Of a stretch of DNA of 64,000 nt, positions 14,321 through 27,400 are shown piece after piece. Origin of the DNA: Haliotis cracherodii (lineage: Eukaryota); the NCBI RefSeq assembly GCF_022045235.1, contig NW_027266265.1:18724001-18788000 (forward strand), written 5' to 3'. Numbering within the stretch: position 1 is the stretch's first letter; each line of letters begins with the position of its first letter. Made by a program: the position numbers and the translations under genes. The notes below the pieces were generated by a model. It searched no databases and was not told where the DNA came from. It was given only the letters and a program-made list of their open reading frames with translations.

Positions 14321-14909
14321 AAGACACTTCTCTACTCAGAAACTAAACACACCTTTAACCTTCTTCCACAAACTAGACTTGAACAAGATGTGAACGGAGC
14401 AGCGAGGCACAACATACGGAGGCACTAGAGGTTGCAAGACAACTTTTCACAGGTAGTTCTTTAGCATGAACACAAAGACTGTGCCACATATAACTGTATT
14501 CTATGCAATGTGGCACTTTGTCATACCTATTTGTGTATGGTGTAATTATCATATTAAACAACGTCCACAAAGTTGGGGATAGACAATTTCTTTCTTTTAC
14601 AACAGTTTGAAGCATAATTTTTTTTTTTAAGAATTTTTGTTACAATTTCTTTTGTTAGATAAAATCCAAAACTATTCCAACTTCACATAAACCTATCAAA
14701 CTGAAGTTTTCAAAATCTCTCATCGAGATGGCTACGATTCTTAATTTTTCAAAATGGCTGCTACAATTGACAATAAAAGTCCCCACAGCAGAGGATGAAC
14801 AACCATGACTCTCAAACTACTTGGTTTATATATGTCAGTGTGAGGATGGGTGATTTCAAGAACAGTCCAGATACACTACACTGATATTATATAGCTTTGT
14901 TGCATATCA

Positions 14910-14955
14910 CATATAAAAAAACACAGACGACAAGCATATTTTGATCAATTTTATT
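14910..14955 (-). terminator. Putative distal polyadenylation signal of DENND11
   Basis: Minus-strand AATAAA (plus tttatt 14950-14955) followed by a GU/U-rich tract (tgcttgtcgtctgtgtttttttat). Confidence 0.4.
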
Positions 14956-17574
14956 TTTGAGATAAAACTCACAAGTTGATAAAGATGTCTGCATAATGAG
15001 TCGAGCATGACATTAACAGTTTCCATCAGATACATGTAACATGAATGCATACACAGGGACATCCTTGCAGTGTGCATCAACAGGCAGTATTCAATACAAT
15101 ACTCACTGCAAGAAGTGTTATGAAATGTTTATTTTCATAATCATACTGAAGTAAAGAATCCGACCTCTATTAACCAATCATGACTAGTTTTGTTGACTGA
15201 CTACATGCTAAATGAAAGATCAACTAAAATATACATAGCATAATAAATACATTTGTTGATATGCCCTCGACATAGTCTGTATGATTGCTCATCTCAGGTC
15301 AAACTTTTGGAAGCAAAAAAAACAACATTTGACTTAATATCATCCTGTCTGGTATATAAGTACATATAAATCAACTAAGGGTGATGTAGTGATTGACAGA
15401 TGTAGATAGTCGTCACTCACCTATCAGTTGTATATTTCGAATGTTTGTCTGTATAGATTAGACATGTGACACTGACAGGGATCACTGCTTGAATTCCATC
15501 TACATGGGTGGGTGACTGGGTATCGGAGTAACATCAGGGGGGTGGGATAGGGAAATAAGAAAGGGGGAGAAGAGAGACAGGATTGGTATGGTGTTTTAAT
15601 GCCATGGACATTTTGATTGATCAAATTGTCGGCAGGCCCGATCAACTGTTCTTGAAGACTTCATTGACAGATGGCTGATATTGTCCCTTCTTAAATAGAA
15701 ACAGGGATTAATTTGTAAAATGTATTTGTAAACTAAATGTTTGATCTGTACACTAATGTTTTATCTACCATTTTGATAAAACACAGTGTGTTTTGTTACA
15801 TTGAACTGGTAATGTTGTGGCAATGACGGATCAGTATAACATCATGGTCAGCAACACGTGTCAGGATTTCGTCACATGGAAACTGTTCCTCTCCACAGTA
15901 TAATAAATAAAACATATATACAATGATATTTATACAAAATAAACACAAATCTTATTACAACATGAATTCATGAGAAGTAGAGGGAAATATCAACAGGTTT
16001 ACCAGATAATATCATGTTACCATGGCTACCATCAACACCAATGACAGTTGTTCAAAATCTGTTTTAAAAGACAAACCATAATCTTAGACATAAAAAAATA
16101 AAAACCTCTTAGAATTTTTTTGCTTGAAAATTCACTTGTATTAATACCAACAAATGTTTCAATAATAAACAATTAACATGTCAAAATGCAGCAGATTGAT
16201 AAACTCCAAAATACCAGGACAACAGTTCTGGGAGCAAGCTACACAGATTCATATGAGCGAGATAAGTAAAAAAAGTAACATAGTTTTTAAGTTTAATATC
16301 AAACGTAAATTGAATGTTAGCCGGAATTTTTTTTGTTCTCAGTACAAATATAATTGTGTTTAACAAGTATCAATGAGTTGAAATATCAATTATTACATAT
16401 TTAACTTTGACAACAAAAAAACTTTGAAAAGAAGACAAGGGATTATGTGGTCCATTGATCAGAATTTTTGAAGCTGACAACCCTCATTACATGTTTAATG
16501 TTGCGTTGGCTGTGATGAACAAGCCTAACACCACTGTGATGTACTAGAGACTCACACTGTCACTCTCTACTTTCATGACCCCAGTCGAAGATACGGACAT
16601 CAAAGGGGCATAACTCTGATAAATACATGTATAGAACACTATTTACAACAGTTTAATTAATTCCAAAACTTGAACCAAACATTTGGGTTTATTCAAAGGA
16701 ATGACCAGTTCATGATTAAACACGTTTTTAAGAGTGTTAAAAATTATATTTGAGAGGAGAGACAAACTGGGATTAAATGAAGCAAATTTACACTTACCTT
16801 TTTCCAGGTCCTATTTCCCCACTAGGTTAATACTACTTCATAAAATATATTAAACATGTTAATATTGATATGACCTGAAACTTCAGTTCTGAAAAGTGAT
16901 AAATTGTTACTAAGTCACCAGAAAATTATTTTTCAGACTAAAGATCCAGGCTTTGGAGGCTGAATGACGAGCACATCAAACACAACATGAAGACTGACAT
17001 TGCTAGAACCAGTAGGGTCGGACTACAAGAGGCTTAAGGTACACACAAGAAACTGTTGATGAAAGCAAATCAATGATGTAAAGGTGAACTGTACAATTGA
17101 TCATGTTGATACTGTGAACAAAAAAGAGGTATGCGGTACATGTGTATTATAAATCTCAAATAAATTTATACATATCAACACACACATCTCATACTGACCC
17201 CAAGCAAAGTTGTTTTGTCTTGTTATGCAAGAGTTATAGGGTAGGCGCAAATCTTCCAAGAAAGGTAAAACAAGAAAATGATTCCAACTATGCTTATTGT
17301 AGACGATCTTGGTATGGCAGAAAATCTGTATGAGAAACTGGTATCTCTCTGTATTGTCTGATAAGCAAGGAATAAGGAGCGCTGAGCTAACCAAAGGGAT
17401 GTTTAGACACAGATGCTAATACCAAGATATGTTCATTGTGTTTGAGACTGTACTTGAAGCACCCAACATATATACACCAACTTGGTCATCCCATCACAAC
17501 AACAAATAACAGGCTGTGTGGTGACATCAACACATCGTCACAGTCATCACCAACAGTTTGGGCAAATGTAACTG

Positions 17575-17860
17575 TGATCAAAGGAGCATATGGACAATGG
17601 AAACACTACTCATTATTATAAGTATATGGATTTTACTTACAAAACAAACCACTTCTCAAGACAGACCTGTCTTGATCAAAGGAGCATATGGACAATGGAA
17701 ACACTACTCATTATTATAAGTATATGGATTTTACTTACAAAACAAACCACTTCTCAAGACAGACCTGTCTTGATCAAAGGAGCATATGGACAATGGAAAC
17801 ACTACTCATTATTATAAGTATATGGATTTTACTTACAAAACAAACCACTTCTCAAGACAG
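17575..17860. repeat. 98-bp tandem repeat, ~2.9 identical copies
   Basis: Units start at 17575, 17673 and 17771. Confidence 0.97.
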
Positions 17861-20800
17861 CTTGATGCATATTGAAGACCCACCTCAAGCATTTTTCTCT
17901 TCCAAAAATGCTGTACATGTCTTAGGGGGAATGAAAATATGGAGATATTTCAGTTTGCATAAAAGAACTGAACCGCAGGCAGTGTTTGAAATAATTTAAA
18001 AACCCAACAAGACATTCAGGCAGGTGACCCAAAATTGTTGCCACTGTACATTTCAGACTCTAAGCATCTCTTCCATTTTGTGTTTGCTCAGAGTCAACCT
18101 TAAAATAATGTACATTTACATAAAAAATTCAACTAAAACTAATGAAATAATAATTAAATTCACATGCCAAGACCTTTATTTCTTTGTTTATTAAAAATAC
18201 ATAGAACTTAACATGAGAAAGTTGAGCAATGTCGAACCACAACATCATGTGGCTTTATCCTTCCAAAACAAAGGTCAAAACAGCTGTTATGTGACAAGGG
18301 GGAAAACTCCATCAATTAAGAGATAACAAAACAAAATATGCTGGAGTTACGAAATATTTCTTTGTTCTTCAAAGGAACCCAGCAGCTGATTCAGTAGTTT
18401 ACAATACATAAACTGATCCACTTTGATGACAAGTAGTCCTTCTTTTACCGGAACAGTGTATTCAAGGGGTACATTTACTCGCAAAATCTTTATTAGAAAA
18501 AGACGCCAAGTGTAAAGGAACTTTTCAGTTGTCCTATATCCTTATTTACTATATATCAGAATAGTTTGCTGATAACTTTCATTTTAATGACATGAAGAAA
18601 AATACCGGTAACAAACAATTACTTTCTTGTGACACTTAATAGATTTTCCCCATTTTTTATTTGACACTTAAATACATTTGTTTTCCATTTGTCATTTGAC
18701 AATTACAGTTTTAGTCCATTTTCATTTGACACTAAATAGATTTGTCCATGTTTTCATTTGCCACAATGTATATTTAATGTGATGAACAAGCTTGTCAAAG
18801 TGTTTATGCCTGCGGGACTCGGGCATCAGAGAATAGTAGGTTTCCCCTGGTACACACATTTAGACATTGGTGAAAACCATTTCTGGCAGCAACCGTTAGA
18901 AAAGACAAAGCATGATTCAGCAGCATTAGATGGAAGGTTGCTGGAGACAAAAATGATTTTTCAAAATATCAATGTCCCTCAGTTTTGAAATTAACGTGAC
19001 AGAAATTGACATGTACATGCATCACTGTCACAGCTTGTGGAATGTTATTTATCTACAGGTGAGAGTATATGTACATGATAAATACAGATATTGCACATGA
19101 AACAGGCATCACTACCTAAATGACTCACAGCTCACAAGATAACAAACCATTTCATACTCAAGTCACTCCATATCAGAAAAGCTTAAAGTAGCTACAAAAG
19201 TTGCCCTCTGCCCTCATCTCCATTATGCAATAACACGATGGATCATATCTTGAAAGGACTATCTGGCCCTGATAGCTGATTAGCTAACTTCCTAAAATAC
19301 ATCTTCCTGCTCTAATAAACATACATGCAAACTAGCATTTAACTTCTACTTTTCAAGAATCATTCTCGACTTTTCAAAAGACCAAGCTGCCAAAAGTGCC
19401 TCAGCTCACCTTGGAAATGAAATTCTGGGCAACATGTGTCCCCTACCCAGATACATATTTATTACCTGACCTCAGCTAAATGGTCCTTTGACCTGAGATA
19501 TCCAATACCTGACCCATCAGGTAAAAGGTTAATTGCCCTGTAAGTACTGCCAGCCCTCTGAAGATCTACACCAGGTAATTCACAAGTGACTGACTGTGAA
19601 TCACTGTTTCAGCAAAATAACACAGCCTTTCAACACTGCAGCCTCACAGTGTAGACTCAAACAGTTTGCCCCACTGCAAAAAATTAACTTACAAACTCAA
19701 CCCAACTGGCCTTTTGACAGATTTTACCCATTACCCATTTGATTATAGTAACAAAGTTAACTAGCCCCACACCAAGTATCTTAACTATCAAAACAAATTT
19801 GTCATAGGAATGTTTACACTATGTTTCACCATTACCGGTGAATCCACTGGGGTGCTTTGCAGGGTGACGGCTTCTGTTCTTAATATCCTTTTGAAATGAG
19901 TCAAATGACCCGTATTATCATGGGACTTGAAGCAATGTGGAGAACAGATACAGCAAGGCTATGGCACCCTTTGTGATGTACACTGAGGGTCCACTGACCA
20001 CTCCTGTTTTCCTCTCACTTGAACCAGGCCAGAGCTTGATTGGTTTAACCATATGTATTCCTCATGGCGGGGGGAGGAACGTAATATATACACACCAATG
20101 AAGTATTAATACTGCACACACAGTTGGCTAGGTTCAGGACTGGTGTTCACATGGACCAGCCAGAAGAGGGTTTGACTGAAATGTGACCTCTGGACACAGA
20201 CAAAACAGTATGATTTTGTAAGTTGTCAAACAAAAATGCTTTTGCAGAAACACCATGGTTCATTCATTGCTACAATTCCCAGCAACTGCAGGATAACTCT
20301 AGTATGAAACAGTCTGCACTATATCAGCTGTTTGTTGAAGAATTGTGAACACATCACATGTCATGCTAGACACAAATACCTGCTACAACTGCTTTGTCCG
20401 TGACAACATTGTCACGATGCAGTCATGTTTGGTTCTCTACTGGAATACATGATATGTGAAACTGACTGTCTTTATAAGACAAAATGTGGACACATTGTTT
20501 AAAGCTAATGAAAGTAGCGGGAGGTATTTGCCATCATTAACAAGTGTAGCAACTTGGAGAAACATCGACAAACCTGGACTTCTTCACAACATATGATTGA
20601 AAGATATGCATGGTGTATTACTTTCAAAGCGATCATATCAAGAAACAAGAATTCAAAATAATTATTTTGACATATCATTATACTTTTCAAGAATTTTGTT
20701 AAAAACATCATACCATGAAAGTTGTTTTGTTACATGTACCATATCACGAAGGATGTTTAGTTTTGTTATGTTACCCATGTTTAGGGAATGATAAAATGTT

Positions 20801-21254
20801 TATGTTCACCCCAAAATAATTTTGTATAATGTAGCATAGGCGCCCATGTTGCATTATGTATAACAGCTCTATGAATCCTCACTGCTTTTCCTTTTCAGTT
20901 GTACAAATTACTCTCACTGAAAGTTCACCTTTTTGTCTTTAAATGAAAGACTACACATACAGACTGGCTGCACGCTTCAAACATTTCTACGAGTATCATG
21001 AAATATTTCACTCAATTGTTTTATGAATCATCCATATTCTGATGACCGCTCTGAAAATAGAATTCCCGCATAGAGGCTAACATTTGATCTGTATAATCTT
21101 CATTAGGGCCATACTGTGTTTAAAACAGGCCCCTAATATGCATAAATAGCATAATCAAATATTTAAATTCCTTTCAAAAAGTGGCAGCACCTTATTACAT
21201 CATGGCTGAAAGAAATGTAACTCTAGCATAGGGAGGGTGTGTTGTGGAGACCCA

Positions 21255-21453
21255 CTATTTCGGACAGCATGGGTTATCGACCATTAACACAACATCTATC
21301 CCATAATGCTCCACCAGCTCCATGAGGAACGTGCGGTCACCGACAGGGTCAAGGCCCATGCTTTTCATGTGGTCAGAGGTCAACTGGCGATCTTGTGAAC
21401 ATGAGATGTCCAGAAGGGTTTGGAAGAGCCTGTCGTTGAGCTCTGTGAAGAAA
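21255..21453 (-). CDS. DENND11: DENND11 exon 9, last coding exon ([14 protein letters not shown]...DNPCCPK*)
   Basis: Acceptor ttttacag; TAG stop at 21255-21257. Confidence 0.95.
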
Positions 21454-24400
21454 CTGTAAAAAAACAAAAGATACCGTAAGTCCGAGGGAGCACACTCCAC
21501 CACAAGCACCCAGGGATAGATTGGTAGCTGTCTGCAAGCCTGAGGGCTAGAAGCAGGGCTTGTTGGAGTGTCCTTCTACATGACCACTACATATTTCTAT
21601 TGATGCATAAGGCAGGGCTAGACTTAAGGAATTTGATTTAACTTGCACCATGTGCATGTTGACATGAAAACAAGATTGCACCACAAGAAACAACATTGCA
21701 CCACAAGAAACAGGGTTGCACCACAAGAAACAGGGTTGCACCACAAGAAACAAGGTTGCACCACAAGAAACAAGGTTGCACCATGGTCCCATAAATGTAT
21801 CCCCCAAAATAAAATCTGGGATGTCTGACTTTGTCATCATTTATAGTACAGTTACTAGTTACAGTACTCAAGTGGCAATGTCATCTATGGCATAATGCAT
21901 AATTATCATTAGTAGGATAATCTAAATATCATGACATGATATGAAAGGCAACTTCAGGGATAGATGAGGCTACAGTACAGTACATGATCTCCAAGTACCC
22001 CCAGATTAATGACGTCAAATTACACATACCACAGGAATTAGTGTTGTGGTATGGTAAATAAAGCTTAGATGTAATGAGTGTTCAAAGATAGATTTTGTGG
22101 TTTAGTCAAGATACAAATTTTTCAATAATAGGTTGGACTTGTGTATGTTATATATAGCTAAATCAAGCCCTGCAAGGTTAATACATTTGCAAAAATCTTG
22201 AATGAATTTATAAGATCTGCTTTAGGAATAAACTTCACCGTTGAGTCTAAGACCAACTACATTGAGCAATATTTTTATCATCATTTTACCCTGTTGTGTC
22301 AAACCCTGTTGTGTCCAACTCAGTCTGGTCCCAGCAAACTCTCAAATTAACCTGGATGTGCTGAATTCTGGTTGTTTTTAACATAATTTATACTCCCAAG
22401 AGTCCAAATATAAGTAAAATTTACCCTGATAAATCAACTCAATTTCAAAAACAAACTGAGCTCAAGTTAGAATTTCTATTGAACATAATATCGTGAAACA
22501 TGAAAGACACGAAGCATAACATGCGTGATGTTCTCGCTTGCTGTTGTGTGAAGGCTCTGTCACACAGTAAGAAGGTCAAGTCAGGTGTGTCAAACTTCGG
22601 ATAAGACAATATTTCTCTGCTCCCCATCAGTTTGTGACAATGGAGTTCAACTGTATTCAATATGATGTGATAAATTACATTGTCAAAGGAATATCCTATG
22701 GTTAGTGTTATGTTCAAGGCTACAGACATGGAGAGTTTTTACAGTGTACACTTACTTTGAGAAGAACTCCTCTTCATCAATCACCTGCTCACCTGCCTCT
22801 TGTAGGGAGAATATGTAGGAGGATCTGTAGCACATGCAGAACTATAGAGGGAGCCACGACATACACGATATGTCTTACATCAATAGGTACATGGAAGGAC
22901 CAAACATCAAAATGTACCAGTTCCTCAAGGTTTGAATAGCTGCACACTGATGACTTACCACTTTTGTGAAACCGGGATTTGAACCCATGATCACAGGTTT
23001 CTGGCACAACCAAGGGATGCAACTCTGCACAGTCAATTGTGGAGCCTTAGTTGTGACCCTTCTCTACAGAGTGGAATGTGTGTGTCAAGGATATGTTCAC
23101 ATACAACTAAGGACTGACTTGTTTATCAAGTACAGGGTTGATAATGAAGTGTTGTAGTTCTGGCCGACCTGCACTTTACCCTCTCTAAGTGTGCCCACCT
23201 CTACAGCTGAACCATGAAGATCCAGGGTAGAATAGGTCTTCAGCAACACGTTCTTGCCGTAAAAGGCGACTAAGCTTGTTGTAAGAGGTGACTAACGGGA
23301 TCGGATGGTCAGGCTCGCTGATTTGGTTGATGCATGTCATTGCATCCCAATTGCGTGGATCGATGTTCATGATGACAATCACTGGATTGTCTGGTCCATA
23401 CTCGATTATTTACAGACTGCCGTCATATAGCTGGAATATTGCTGAGTGTGGCGGTAAACAATAACAACCAAACAAACAAAAGCCTCTACAGCTGGCTTCC
23501 ACTGATTCTTCCTGAAAAAAGATCATCTTGGCTCCACACATGTAGCTTCTATCACATCAGAGGATGTTTCCACTTTTGTTACAAGTAAAACAATTATTGA
23601 TATTTCCATTGGGCCTCTCATGTAAAAAGGTTATCCTCTATCACTGTCTTTGACATTTCGTTTGAGACTGAAGGCATGTAGGATCCAAACACATTACATT
23701 TGAAAATACACATGAACATTTCTGACACAATGCCTGAGGTAACAAAATATCAAATACCGTCTTCGACGTAATAAGCGCCCAGGATGCTCTCAAAATTAGA
23801 AATAGAGGGCTCTTATTAGAATATTATTTTGGTGAAAAAGTTGAAAGATAAATTTTGTTGTTTATGCTGACAGCCTGAAATGTTTATGTACGACAGATAT
23901 ATTTTTCTAGAATTTAATTGCCAATAATTAAGGGTGCATATGACACACGAGTGCGTATTGTACGTGAATAAATAAGGTCTTGTGAACATTGATCAATCGG
24001 AAGGTGTGCTAATTGGGATTGTTCACTAGCCAATATATTAGCAAATGTTGCCGTGGGCGCTTGTTAGAGCGGGGCGCTTAATACGTCGAATACGGTAAAC
24101 AGAGTTTTTACATTTGTCATCATTAACAAACTTGTATCTGTTTCAACAATGCTTACCTTTGATTGTTGAGTTTGGCATATTTTTCCCTGTCAGCATCGCT
24201 GATCTTAAGTAGGTCTTTGAGTGCCGGTGTGTGTGCCCTGACCAGCTGGTTGTCTATGTACACATCATATAGATGGGTCTTGCTCTCAAATATCTTCTCT
24301 GTAGTGCCTGCACAATTGTGAACTATTGTTATTAACTATTGCTATTAACTCAAATATACTGTTTCACAATGCATAGTTACCTTCAACAGACAGGGGTGGG

Positions 24401-27400
24401 TTTGCTTTATCTTACTATATCAGTTCAGAGAGAATAAACCACTCAGAGCACAGTTGTATCATACAATAAAACACTGCCCATCATTGTTTATTCTCCTTGC
24501 ACTGTTTTATTGAATGATAAACAATGACCAAACTTTGTTATTTCTTACATGAGATATCAATATTATTTACAACCACTTTGTAAAACTAACAAGCTTTTAA
24601 AGTAATTAAATACAATCTGATCTCGGCAATGTCAGACAAGTCCATTTTATGAAAAGGCGGGTTTCATTTACCAGTAAAAAGAGGAAAGGTGCTAAGTGGA
24701 TAATTTCCGGCCATTATTTGTACCTTTTCTCTCATCATAGCTTGCTTACTGTTGGATGCTACCATTCAGCCAATGTGTTTATCTAAGGTTAACAACTCGC
24801 TGCCCTCTCAAAAATAGCACTATTCAACTGATGAAGTCATCAAGTTGTGAGCATTTGTTAAAATCTCCAGAAATTAGGTCATTATAGAAGAGTTTTATCG
24901 TGAAATATAAGATAGCAATGAACAGTGATGAACATCGATGTAGCTGGGCAACACAGATAAACCTGATGAACCTGAAACCTGGCCAAATGATCGCATCCAA
25001 AAGTGGGAGAAAAGGTACAGGTTATCAATGCGAGATTGCGAAAATATGCGGGAAATACACGCCTCTGCATAAAATGGACTTGTCCAACTTTGATGAGGCC
25101 AGATTCTATTGAGGGAGTCATCATTATTTAAATACAAGTAAATAGTTTTAAAGCTTTACATTTCATCACCGTTCCCAAAGAGGCTGTACATGATGTTGGT
25201 ATCTCATATAAGAAATAAACGACTCGTGGTCATTGTTTATCTTACAACAAATCACTACCGGGGGAATAAAACACTTAGGGCTGTGCCCCTCATGGTTTAT
25301 TACTCCTGCAGTGTTTTATTGTACGATAAAAAACTACCACGAGTCGTTTATTTCTTAAATAAAGCAACTTGTTCTTCATTGTTCTTTGTGATTTATCATG
25401 TTGGTATCTTATATAGTACAATTTACACACTCTATACACATTAAACCATCACACACTAATGCTAAATACTCAAGTTACATGTTACAGTGCATACTAGCAG
25501 AGTGTTTCTCTGCTTGTCTGGACAATACACTGTGTCACTGTGTGACTTATACTCGGGGAACAGTGGTACATACTTACATGCTATATATGTCATTTCATTC
25601 TCCAAAGCCTCGATGTCAGCTACATTGACATAGAAGTGGGGCCGGATGTCATGCCGCGTAAGGCCTTGTATATTGTGGTTACCAAGGCAACAAGCACAGT
25701 ACACTGAAACAGTTCATTTGATATCTAAGACATAACCCAAATCAACATTATACAAGTAATTACTTTTGACAAGATCAACTATGCCAAAACCAGGACCTGT
25801 GGAACTGGCCCCCGAGGAGTTCTGACTGGACAGAGGTCGCAGACTGCTGAATGGGTTGGGTCCTCGGGTCCTTCTTTTTGCATAATTTACTTCATCAAGA
25901 GTAATTATTTGTTTTATTATACTGAAATTCACTTTAAAGTTTAGGAATCCTTTAAACCATCTTCTGTTTCATTACAGTAACTTGGCGTCTGTTACTAGAA
26001 TTTCATTGTTCACAGCTATCTTGTTTTCTAGCAGACAAGTCAATACTCATCGCGTGACAGGTCAATACTGATCATGAGACGAGTCAATATTCGAGGTCAG
26101 TGTCAGTCACATGGTTTGGGGGGTCAACATTTAAATCTATGGTTTTGTTACGTGGTACGGATTAACCAATAGCATTGCAAAATTCGTAATAGAAGCATAA
26201 CAGCATAAAATGTATTTCTTCACCTGTTCAGTGTTATATTTCATAAGACAGAACATAACCTGTCACAGGACATGACATCATAACTACATATGTTATGTGT
26301 GTGTGTGACATAATGAGTTATGATTAATTCAGTGACCTGTGTCAGAGTAGGTTCCCAGCACTCTTATGGTCGTAAGGGACATCGTGACTGTACTTGGTGG
26401 TCAGGTATGGTAATTTGGAAGGTTATCATACCGCGACGGGTGGCACACTGCTCATGTCAACTACTGATTTGTCCTGGAATTACTTACAAGAATAATTCTG
26501 ACTCTGGCTTTAAACAACAAACGGAAATACAAAATTATTGCACGTGCCCTGTGGTTCCAACATAAGATCCCTGGAGCTAATGCTGGCCACAATAGTGTTG
26601 GTTGGTTTGTTGTTTACCGCCACACTCAGCAATATTCCAGCTATATGATGGCGGTCTGTAAATAATCAAGTCTGGACATGACAATCCAGTGATTGATATC
26701 ATGAGCATCGATCCACACAATTGGGATCAATGACATGCATCAACCAAGTCAGTGAGTCTGACCACCCGATCCCGTTAGTTGCCGCTTACAACAAGCATAG
26801 TCGACATTTACAGTATGCATGGGTTGCTGAAGACCTATTCCACCCCGGATCTTCACGGGGCCCACAATAGTGTACTACAATGGCATTGCGTACATAAAAT
26901 GGTGATGCTCAGTGTTCAGGGTCTAGTGCTCTGTTTTGTTTGGTCTGGTTTCAATTATTTACAAGCTCTCACCTCTGTAACACACGACCCCGATGGGAGG
27001 AGGAGAGAAGAAGAGGATGCGCTTCTGGAGTAGGGCGAACTTCCACAGTGTGTAGATTTGTTCCCCGAAGAACTTGATGAACTGGGAGAAACAGCCAGCT
27101 GGGTGGGTGATCTGGAAGGGAGGAGACAGAGACTGAGACTATTTTTCAAGTCACTGAGAATCACTGAAAGGAATAATGTTTCCCTTACCTTTTAGCTGAG
27201 AATTAAAATTGGTTCAAGGGAGGCAACTCATTTCAAAATACAAATTTCAATTCTCAGACTCAAGAAAATGTATATGGGGCAAGGTGGCCATTAGAAAGAC
27301 AATGCTGAGAGAGACTGACAGATACAGATGGTAAGATGTGCAAAGTTGAGTCCCGAAGGTGACAGAAACCTATTAACAAAACTTCCAATGATTATTATGA

